This document shows, in pieces, positions 13,001 to 25,000 of a stretch of DNA of 64,000 bases (position 1 is the stretch's first letter; every line of letters begins with the position of its first letter). Origin of the DNA: Octopus sinensis (taxonomy: Eukaryota); NCBI RefSeq assembly GCF_006345805.1, contig NC_042998.1, positions 39,804,001 through 39,868,000 on the forward strand, written 5' to 3'. The position numbers and the translations under genes were made by a program. Under the pieces are notes generated by a model that made no database searches, had not been told where the DNA came from, and was given only the letters and a program-made list of their open reading frames with translations.

Positions 13001-16000
13001 AAAGTGTTTAGTTACGTGGAAATTATTTTAAAAAGCTGCCGTTCAAACCGAAAAGATCCGAATCCTGGAGTTTTCTAGAACATTCCAGTAGCTCAAATTC
13101 TAGAAGCTTCCTAATACGCACGCGATAATCAATAGCAATCAAGGGAGCTCACTCACTGATTTTCCTGCGAAGGGAGCTAATTCTGCGATTTTCTACATTA
13201 TCAATTGTTACATTTCAAGACAAAATGGATGCTCTATGAAGTGACTGTGGATGCATGAAATTGATGGAGCGAGTAATGAATATAACAGGAAGATTAATGA
13301 ATTAAGAGTACAATTAGTAAGAGAATTAGCTTAGATAACATGCCACTCAGGTTAGCAAAAGAATGTGGTACCATACACTTTTAATTGCTGAGAACACTAG
13401 CTAAATCTGTTGAAGAGTTAGGGATGGGTGTTCCAAAAGCAAAGTAGCCTGAGTAAGAAGTGGGTGGACATCATTCAAGGAGCTATTATCTCTACTGAAA
13501 TAGTAATGGGATTGGCCTTTTAAGGGCAGAGAGTAGGATGCATATGTGCAATATTGCATAACAGCAAAATATAAACATAGGTGCAGGCATTGCTGTGTGG
13601 TAAGAAGTTTTCTTCCCAACCACGTGGTTTCAGGTTCACTCCCACTCCGTGGCATCTTGGACAAGCGTCTTCTACTATAGTCTCAAGTTGACCAAAGTGT
13701 TGTGAGTGGATTTGGCAGACAAAAGCTGTAAGAAGCCCATCGTGTTTGTGTTGTGTTTATGTTCCATAACTTAGTGGTTTAACAAAAGGGGTTGATAGAA
13801 TAATTCCTGAGTTTGTTTCACTCAAAGTTTCTTAAGGGCAATGCCCCAGCATTGCCACAGTTTGGTCAAGGACAAAAGATGTTGAAAGGTTGGAAAGAAA
13901 TGAGACACTTTTACTCCACCAGACACATGACATTCATGTGAATGAATAATGGACACAAATGAACTGAGAGCAAAACAATAGAAAAGAGTCAGATGTGGTG
14001 TATTGGAATGAATGTATGTTGTGCCAAATGATGTTGATGGAATGAAGCTGTAGAAGAGAAGAAGATATGGTGAAGGTCGATCTCAGAATACAGAATCTCA
14101 TGAAGGAGATAAGACGTCATAAAAAGTGACAAGACATTTTACTAGAATAAACATATCTTGGATCAAAGATGTTTCTGCCATGGTTATCCAGTATTTCTGT
14201 ATATCTGAAACTAATTCAATGTGGTCTTCATTTTTTTTCTTAGATGTTAAGAAAATTTGACTGTTATTTCCAATCAGTTGTCAATAATTTGTTTGCTATA
14301 TTTTTACTTTTATACTTTTAATAATTTTGCTTTGTTTCAGATACCATTTCAATGTTGTAGATGTCACTCAATAAACATGATTAAAATGAATATAGAAAAA
14401 TGGATTTGGTTTTGAGGGGTGTTTTCTTTTTTTTTTTATGATAGTTACCAGCATTGCAGAGTATTATTTGCAATATGAATCCCTTTTCAAGTCCTTGTTG
14501 TAACTATTTCACTTCACTTGCATTACTAATGCATGTAAGAAGGGTTAGAATGTCAACAGACTTCCCTGTCCTTTATATATCTAAATCCTTAAATCCTTAC
14601 ATGAAATTACTGTTGCTTTATACTTTGTAGAGAACCATCAGAAATGTTTCATTTTTCTGTTACCCTTTTGCATACCTGAGGAGTCGTGTTTTTCAGAGAT
14701 GCTGTTGATATTTAAAACGAGTTTAAAATTAATATATTTTCAAATCCTCTCCTCAATTTTTACATGACAGTGTATTGGTGCACTTGAGTCGTAATCAAGC
14801 CTGTGTTTCCATGTTTGCACCAGATGTTGAACAGATGCACACTATCAACCACCAAAAGGGAGAACCCATGGAGCCAAACAGGTAGGGGTAAATATCTTTT
14901 TGGTTTCTAACCATAGTAGCACATTGTAATCTGTTAGTAATTTTTTTCTGTGTGTGTGTTAGCCTGCATACTCACACACATAATGACTGCAGCTCACTTT
15001 CAAGCAATGCCAGTGCTTGATTATTTTCTTAAACATGAGTATTATGGATGTGGATTTTCAGTCCTGTGAAAGACATTATTTTGTAGAAATGTGGAAATGA
15101 TGGGTGCCTCTTGTAACTGTTACAATATTTTTTCGCTAAATTTTCATATACTGTTTCAGTCTGCCTCCTGATGCACATTCTTTTCCATACTACCTCCAAA
15201 TAGAAATGTCATATAATGTGTAGTTAATAACAATCCTGAGTATGTGGTTACTCTTATGGCTTGTAAGAACTGCCTTACTTAGACAGATGCACCCACATTC
15301 ATTGTATGTTAGATTAGGCTTTGTGAATAAACTCTGGTAAATTCACATCAACACCTTTACAACATCTCTTGAGTTGTTCATGCTTGATGTTCTTTTGCTC
15401 AAATTCTCTCCTCCTATCATACACTGTTTACCTTCATAATGAACGATTCTTAGCAAGATTTTCCCATCCATTTCCCATGATTTTGCTCTTTTTCAGCGTA
15501 TTCTTGATGCAGTCCTTATAACAAAATCTTTGGCTGTGCACTGGTCTTTTATCTTGGGCTAACTCACCAAACAGAAATTGCTTAGGGATACAGTCGTCTC
15601 CATGCTGGTCACATGACCACTCCATCATAATCTATACTGAAGTACTAAGGATTCTATACTAGTAGACAGACTCATCATCATTATAATTTAACATCTGTGT
15701 TCCATACCAACATGGATTGGACAATTTGATAGGATCTGATATGTCCAAGGACTGGATCATGCTCCAATGTCTGATTCGACATGGTTGTCCTTCTTAACAC
15801 TAACCACTTAACAGTTGGGTTTGTCATACAACACACCACTACAAGCCCTGGGGGCAGGGTGTCAGCTTCATGCTAGGGGATGAGGGATTGAAATATGAGA
15901 AGGGGTAGCAGTGCAGGTTCTTGTAGAGGATCTGCATGGTTACTCACATCTAGTAAGTAAAAGGAAGACATAAATGGACAGCAGGGGCTGCAAGAGATAA

Positions 16001-19000
16001 TGGCATTGAGATATTTAGATGATCCCACAAGGCACAAGGTGAGTTGAAGAATCAGTTTGCAAAATTCTATGGGAAGTAGAATGAAGGGATGAAGGTAGGA
16101 GTAAACTACTGGAATGGGCAGGGTTGAAGGGCAAATGAGCAAGGAGCCATGAATTAGGGGAAATACACAGTTGCAGAAGATCTGGGGTGGGGAGCTGTAA
16201 GTGCAGTAAATGTAATACAATTGTTTGGGGTGGGGAGGGAAAAAGAGAAAGTTTGTAGGAGGCAGGGAGAAGAGGTAGGCCTAATGCATGGGAGGGGGAG
16301 AAGAGTCACCATAAACATGGGTGGTAAGCACAATACAAAGCACTTCTAGAACTCAGTTTTGCCAATGAGATGGGCCTTGTCAACAATCTCTTATCACTAG
16401 AGATCCCTGTCCTTTGTCATCTTCTCTGTCTGGCTCAGTATCTCGAAGTCACCTACAAATTTGTAGCTCTCTGCAGCCCATCGTAGATTGTCCTGTTGGA
16501 ACTTCTGACTGGTCTACGTCACTAACTCCTTTTTATTAAAAGCTTCAGTTAAGATGTCTGAGTCCTTCGAGCTCTACATTTGAAATTACTCCTCAGTAAC
16601 CCATTTGAGTTGTACATTCATCATCTAGGAAAGACTTTGCATTTTCAAGAACGAGGGGGTACATAAAAGTAACCAGAAACATTGTCTGCGGGATAAGCCT
16701 GTTGTAGTTCAGGCTTCTGCTGCTAGAAGCCACTTGATGCTACCCTTAGGCATCAATCTACCAACTGGCATTGTCAAGTGAACTCTTACTGCTGCATGGT
16801 GTGTCTTGTTTTGCAGGGTTTCTCCCCTGTTTGTCAATTTTTGCGGTGGTTGAAATGAAGAGACAGTGTGCTTCCGTGAAATTCGTTTTACTGCTGGGGA
16901 AAATGGCAGCCAAAACAGTTGTGAAGCTTCAAACAGCTTACGAGAAAAACACAAGTTTATAAGTGGTTTTCACACTTCAGGAATGGTTATTTGTCAATTG
17001 AAGACCAACCTCATGAAAATTCTTGAACTGATCTTGGAGGACCATCACCAAACAAATGACTAACTTATTGATATGACTGGTGTGTCTTGGAGTTCCTCCC
17101 AACAACTTATGAGTGAAGAATTACAAATGAAAAGAGTTTCAGCAAAATTTGTACCTCATTTGCTCACAGAAGATCAAAAGTAGTCATGCATGCCGTGAAT
17201 TGCAAAAACAGTTGGAAGTTGATCCAAACGTTTTTCAAAGGTTCTCACTGATGATGAAAGCTGGTGTTATGGCTACAACCCAGAAATGAAGCAGCAATCA
17301 AATCAATGGAAGCATTCAATGACTCCCCCCCCCCCCCCCCAATGTGTCTCAAGTGAAGTCCAATGTCAAGATGCTGCTGCTTTGTTTCATTGATGCAAAA
17401 GGAATTGTCCACACTGCTAACTAGACATTCTACTTGGCAGTTGTGAAGCATTTGCAAGACATGATGAGATGAAAACGTCCTGACATGTGGCAAAATGGAG
17501 AGTGGTGGTTCCAACATGACAATGCACTTTCACACACCACCTTGAGTGTCAGACAGTGTTTGACCACCAAAAATGGCACGATTCCTATTCACCTGATCTT
17601 GCTCCTTGCAACTTTTTTTTTGTTTCCCTGAATGAAATAGTCCTTAAATGAATATGTTTTGCAGATGTGGGAGAGGTGAAGAAACAACGGAGGCATTAAA
17701 AGGCATCACTTTGCAAGAGTTCCAGCTCTGTTTCAAACAGTGGAAAATATATCCGGACCAGTATATTGCTTCAAATGGAGAATAATTTGAAGGCAATAAA
17801 AGTGTAAACATATAAAACTAGGTGAATAAAATAGTATTGCAAAGTCCCAGTTTCTTTTGGGTACCCAGTCGTATCTGTTTTCTGCTGAGAATGTGGTCAA
17901 CCTGGCTTGTATGTCCACCACATCGATAGGTGATCAGTTGTCTGGTTGATTTCCTGTAGTATTTCAGATCATCAAGTCATTTGCATCATAGAATTCCAGA
18001 ATCTTTGTTCCCTTCTTGTTTTTAGGGCCAATGCCATAATCTTCATTTGCATTAGTGTGCAGCCCAGTGTCCATTGAATTCACTAACCACAACAGGAAAG
18101 TCAATGTCATTTATCATTGAGGCCATTGAAAAGAACTGTGCAAAAATTTGTCCTGATCATCCTGCCAGTCTAGAATGTGGCTTATAGGCAGAGGTAAATG
18201 TAGATAAGTATGAGTTAGCAGAAAGCAGTGTATGTATCATCATCATAATCATCATTTAAGGTCCATGTTCAATGCTAGCATGGGTTGGACTGTGTTGAGA
18301 GACAAACATCTTAGTGTGTGAATAAATATAAATGTCTGTGTCTAGCCAGTGACTAGCATAGCAGTATCATTACAAAGACAAAGTTGTTTTAGAGAAAGGA
18401 AATGACAAAGGCATCAAATTGTTGGACCAGGTTTTGAAGGCTATAGAAAGATTAACTGCACAATTAGCTTAGATGAGATGCAGTTTGGTTGTATGTCTGG
18501 CAGGTGTACCAAAGATGCCATCTTTCTACAAGAGAAGTTATTTAGCCGCTATACCTAGCATGCATCAATTTGGAGAAAGCCTTTGATATGGTGACACAAT
18601 CTCTCATCTTATGCTCTCTGTGTTTCAAAATTTTCTCTTTTCCTTTCCGTTTTTTCTCCTCAGGAATGTACTGTTAGAATCAGCTCGCATTGCAAGAGGC
18701 AAAATCTCTTCTCTTTCTGAACTGCAAGCAAGTGCCTTTGATGCAGTAATCTTTCCTGGGGGATTTGGAGCTGCCAAAAATTTGTAAGTTGTTTTCCTTT
18801 TTTTTTTTTTTTTTTAATCACCATCATCATCATGTAACGTCTGTTTTCCATGCTGGCATGAGTTGGACGGTTTGACTGAGGACTGGCAAGCCAGAAGGCT
18901 GCATCAGGCTCCAATTTGATCTGTAAAGTTTCTACAGCTGGATGCCCTTCTTAATGCCAACCATGCCAAGAGTGTTGTGGGTGCTTTTTATGTGCCACTG

Positions 19001-22000
19001 GTATGAGGGCCAGTCAGGCAGTACAGGCATTGACCACACTTGAATGGTGCTTCTGATGTGCCACTGGCATGGGAGCCAGTCAGGCAGTACTGGTGTTGAC
19101 CACACTTCAATGGTGTTTTTTATGTGCCACTGGCATGGGAGCCAGTCAGGCAATACTGGCAGTGACCACGCTCAAATGGTGCTTTTTACATGCCAATCAG
19201 GCGGTACTGGCATCGGCCACAATGACTTCATTTGACTCAACAGGTCTTCGTAAGTGCAATTTATTGCCCAATGATTGAAGGGTACTCTTAAATGGGCCGG
19301 TTATGCTGCACTGGCACAGACCACGGTTATGGTCTCACTTGGCTTGCTGGGTCTTCTCAAGCACAGCATATCTCCAAAGGTCTCAGTTACTTGTCATCGT
19401 CTCTGTGAGTCCCAACATTCAAAAGTTCTGCTTCACCACCTCATCTTCCTGGGTCTATTCTCTTTATTTTTATTTTCTTCTTAATTTTTCTTTCTTTTAG
19501 AAACACATCTTTCTTTTATCTAAAAATACAGATAAATTGCTCAAGCATATCGTTTTACCACATGTTCATATTTCCACTTCTTTCCAGCATGTTTCTTATT
19601 ATTCTTGTTAACTCTATTGCACCAGTCACCAGTCCTTCCCGTTCCTATTTGAATTTTGGTAAATTACCTTGTGTTTATTCCTGACTGTTGATGCATGAGT
19701 GACAGAAACACTAGAGTATTGAACAAAAGGACTTTTTTTTTTGTATTTAATTTTGTCTCTTTGGCAGCCTTCTGCGATCATCATCATTTAATGTCTGTTA
19801 TCCATGTTGGCATGGCTTGGATGGTCTGACAGGGCTTGGAAGTTGAGGGCCTGCATAGACTCCAGTTGGATTTGGCATGGTTTTCTATGGCTGGATGGCC
19901 TTCCTCACACCAACCACTCTGAGAGTGTAATGGGTGCTCTTACATGCCACTGGCACAGGTGCCAGTTGCATAACACCAGTATCTGTTACAACTATGATTT
20001 CACTTAGCTTATAAACAATGTTGTTCATCTCCAGCACTCCATGGAAACATGTCTAGCTACAGTGAATTATTACCTTAGTTGAAAACAGATGGTGGTTGAT
20101 GACAGGAAGGGCATCTGACCATAGAAAATCTGCGTCAGTTAACTCCATCTGATCCATGCAAGCATGAAAAATTGAACATTAAAATAATGACAATGACGAA
20201 GCTACTACTATTGCTGTTGTTGATTGAGCAGAACTTATAGTCAAAGGTGTTCCAATCATGACAATAGCATCATTTTTTCCAGATAGGCACAGGTGTGACT
20301 GTGTGGTAAGAAGCTTGCTTCTCAACCGCATGGTTCCAGGTTGAGTCTTACTGCATGGCACCTTGGGCAAGTGTCTTCTACTATAGCTTCGGGCCAACCA
20401 AGGCCTTGTGAGTGGATTTGGTAGATAGAAACTGAAAGAAAGCCATTGTGTGTGCCACAATTTGATAACTGGTGTTGGTTTGTTTACATCCACATAACTT
20501 AGTGGTGCAGCAAAAGTGACTAATAGAATAAGCACCAGGCTTAAAAAATATAAGTTTAGGGCTTGATTCATTCAACTAAGAATTCTTCAAGACATTGCCC
20601 CAGCATAGCCTCAATCTAATGACTGAAACGAGAAAAAGATAAAGTATAAAAATAAAGTGAACATAGGACTGCTTTATCGAGTGTGTCCTTCGTTTTTATC
20701 AAGACTTTAGAGTGGGATTTCAGTGAAATTTGGCTGCTGTCTTTTGCATGCTGAACAATTGTTTCAGCTCCCTTGTTGGCGCTTTCAGCTGCTGGCTGTA
20801 CTGACTCTCCTGAGCTATTGTTCGCACCATATGCATGAAGACTCTCATCAACAATATTATTGTATACCTCAAGACATTAAACTGCTGCTGCTGCTAAAAG
20901 TTATTTATTATAGAGATTCATAGATGCAGGTGTGGTTCTATAATTAAGAAGTTTCCAACTATGTAGTCTTGGGTTCTGTCCCACTGCATGGCACCTTGGG
21001 CAACTGTCTTCTACTATAGCCTTGAACCAACCAAAACCTTGTGAGTGAATTTGGTAGATGGAAACTGAATGAAGCCTGTTGTATGTGTGTGTACGTTTGT
21101 GGCTTAGTGGTTTGGGTCTTTGGCTCATTCATGCTCTGAAGGTCATGGGTTCAATTCCTACCAGTGCATTGTGTCCTTGAGCAAGACACTTTACTTCATG
21201 TTGCTCCAGTCCAGTCTGCTGGCAAAATTGAGGTGTCGCTGGAATTGAAAGGGCTGGCCTTGTCACATTCGGTGTCACTCTGAATATTCTTCAGAAGCAT
21301 GTTAAGGGTATGCATGTCTGTGCAGTGCTCAGCTACCTACATGTTAGTTTCACAATGAAGCTAAGGTATGACAAATGGACAAACATAGGTATCTTGCTAT
21401 AGAGGAGATCCATGGCTATCTTAGGTCATAGAAAGGTAATTGGGGTAATTTCATATGCCTGTGAGCAGTAATATTGGTTTCAAATGTTTGCATAAGGCCA
21501 GCAATTTCAAGGGAGGCAGGTAAGTCAATTACATCAACCCCAGTATTCAGCTGGTACTTATTTTATTGACCCTGAATGGATGAAAGGCAAAGTTGATCTC
21601 AGTGGAAATTGAACTCAGAATGTAGAGATGGACAAAATGCCTGGTGTGCTAACAATTCTGCCAGCTTGCTGCCTTAATGTGAGCAGTAATATTAGTTTCA
21701 AATTTTGGCTCAAGGCCAGCAATTTTGGGGAAGGAGTTAAATTGATTACACCAACTCCAATGCACAACTGGCACTTATTTTATGAACTCTGAAAGAATGA
21801 AAGGCAAAGTTGATCTTGGTGGAATACTGCGAGCAGTAACTTTAAAAACAGGAGGGAACTAATGGAGCATTTAGGAAACAAATTGTAGAGAATATGTTTC
21901 TAAACAGTCCGAGACATTTGAGAGCCAGAGATCTGACTTTTTGGTATTAAACAGATGAAAGCTAATAATTCTCTGAATAGCGTGTGGGTAACATTGTTTC

Positions 22001-25000
22001 GGTAGATTCTTGTTCAGCTGAGCGAATGAAATTGTGTATATTAAATGTAATTCGGCCTAGGAATAAAGCTGTAGTACTTGCGATCCATGAGTAAGTATTC
22101 TTTACTCAATCTATGATGCAACTACTAGGTTCTGCATTAAAGTTATCATGCACAACTGTGAGATGGGGTCATGTTGCAAAATCTGTAGCTGTATGAAGAT
22201 AGTATGAGATATGGTAGGGCTTTTATTTATGCTATTCCGCTATGTTTATTATAAATAACTGATAGCTCTGCTAGTAGCTGCATATACACTCATTTGGAGT
22301 GTTGTCATCTTGAGTGGTAGATAATGAAAGATGCATTACTTTGATTGAGATTGAATCCCTGAAGCTTTTTTGTAAATGTCAGTTTGTCTAAATTCACTAT
22401 CATCATTTTAACATCCACTGTTCCATACTTACATGTGTTGGATGGAATTTGTTAAGCCATATTTTTTATGGCCTGATGATCATCATGTTGTCAACTGTCA
22501 CCTGTTCTCAAAGTAATTATTCTCCTTGGTTGGACATACTTCCTTGAAACACTGGAAACAAACAAAATGACTTGTTTGATGGTAACGCTTGTTTACAACT
22601 ATTGCATGATATCAAGATGTGACACACACACACACAAAAAGAACAAAGTCCAATCACAAGGCTTTTGTTGGCCTGGGGCTATGGTAGAAGACACTTGCCC
22701 AAAGTGTCCACAGTGGGACTGAACCCGGAACCATGTGGTTGGGAAGTAAACTGGATAGCAAATGTTTACAGTTCAGTGGATACACTATTCAACTACCTAC
22801 TGGTTGCTGTGTTGACAATTCAAAACCATTTGCATACATTTGGACACTCAATGTATCTTCTGTGCTATGTTCACTGAGCTTTTGAGAACTTCCTGGTCAT
22901 GATACTTGCAGTTTACTGACTTCTTATCCAGGGAAGAATTAATTTTATCATTTCACAATGGAAACAGAATTAAACATAGGCTATTACACTGTACATCAAA
23001 AGCATTAGTGATGTCTGTGTGTTTACAGGGGAAACACTTTTTTGTAGTGGATGTCCATGGTGGTAGTCAACCAAGGAAAACATCAGAAGTGGTTTGCTCA
23101 GATCTGAAAATGTTGAGCTTCAGGGCAAAAGATCTGGTTCCACAGATTTATTTGAGAGTAGGCCAACTCATTCCAGGATAAAAAAAAAAAAAGATTAAAA
23201 TGTTGTTTGATAAATAATTTCATTTCAGATCTTCTTTTGCAATTGATGGGCCTGACATGAAGGTAATTGCAGATGTTGAGCGAATTCTTAAAGAGTTTCA
23301 TGAAGCCAAGAAACCTGTTGGGTAAGTAGCCAAAGCATTAAAACCATCTTGCTGCAGGCAGTCATATCTTTTGGTTTACCTGAGGTAATGGAAATGGATT
23401 GAACTATTGATGGTATTCCTTGCTGGAATTTATATTTACCTTTCATCCTTTAGGTTGTTTGGTATCATAAATAACAACTATATTCAGAATTTACTACCAA
23501 AGCACTGGGTAACATATGTCAGTTTAGTTGCCCATAGCTGAAAAAAGTCTTTTGACATGCTGACAAGCTATATGCAATGAATATAAAAGTGTAGTCCAAA
23601 AAAGTTAGCACATTTGGAAAGGATTGGAATGCCAACAAAAGTCTTGTTTAATGAGTGTTTCAGCTATCATTTGCTGCAATGTTTCTCTCGGCACCTATTT
23701 CACTTAGTTTGATGTACAAAAAGGAAGATTGATATAGCAAATGTTTTTATGCCGTATTTGATGCCATGAGAAGACAGGGCCAAATTATCATTTGGACCAG
23801 CCAAATGTGGCTGATGCCAGTACCCCTCTGACTGGCTCCCATGCTGGTGGCATGTAAAAAGCACTATCTGAATGTGATCGATGTCATCCAACTGTAGAAA
23901 CCTTGCCAGATCAGATTGGAGCCTGGTGGAACTGCTGGCTCTCCAGACCTCTGTCAAACCGTCCAGCATGGAAAACGGATGTTAAACGATGATGATAACA
24001 ATGTTGATTGAAAGTTGTTTTTTTTACATTGATAGTAAAAACAAACTATGCAATGTTTGAGAAGAATAATAAATTTCCTATTGACTCTGTAATCATGAGA
24101 AACAAAGGGAAAAAAACTGTCAGCTATTATTATTGTCAATTGTGGTATCAAAATATAAAGGAATGGAGCTGCAGACCTAGAGATCTATTATTAGATAGGT
24201 GATATAAGATTGGATTAGATCACTGAAGACCAAATATAAAATAATCAGCATGGACTTTCAAAGATGAGATGACATGGGATCAAGATGCACAAAGATGCTG
24301 TGATACAGATCTCCTTAAATCATACCACCTTGGAAAACACTAATGATAATGGTAACAATATTACCAAGTAAACTCTGCTTTTATTGTTTCAAATAATAAA
24401 TTATTAGCAGTGAGTGGAGTTTTAGATTTTGCTTTTTTTTCTACACTTTTTGGAATTAAGCTGTTACTTTTGCCTCCAGTCTTTCCTTTAAGTAGTTACA
24501 CCTTATAGAGTGAAGGTGAATTTTTATGGTTAAGGTGAAGATTAGTTGTCAGATGAATTTGTTTGTTTCTTTTCAATGTTATTTAAATCATCACAAATAT
24601 TTTTATCCTATTGTTTTATGGGTTTTTTTTGTAGCTCTATTCTTCTTCAACAACTTTTGTTTATCATTTTTGAAATTCGAATAAATTTTACCACTTTTCA
24701 GACATATGGCAAAGGGGTGCCAAGTAAACCCCCACCCACCCAAAAAGTTCATTTTTCACACCTGCTTCTTTTTGCTTTTAATCAAGGTTCCAAAGCTACT
24801 ATTTGAAACATTTGTACTGTGTATTGAGAAGGTGCTGAAAGAACTGTACAGAAATGGTTTTTGCACTTCAATGTTGGGAAATTCAACTTCACAGACTTGC
24901 TCTCCATTTTCTGGCTGACTTATTCATTTCAATAAGAATTGATTGAATAAGTTCATCCATGAGGATCTTTGCCAATCCACCAGAAAATTAGCCCCAGCTG

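Noticed and set aside
18980-19240. Repeat-plus-variable-linker array resembling CRISPR
   Set aside because: The linkers are homologous to each other, the array is part of a eukaryotic LINE 3' UTR, and no cas genes are present.
20044-20053. GAAACATGTC palindromic stem-III-like motif
   Set aside because: No CUGANGA-type core upstream; it lies in an unrelated repeat.
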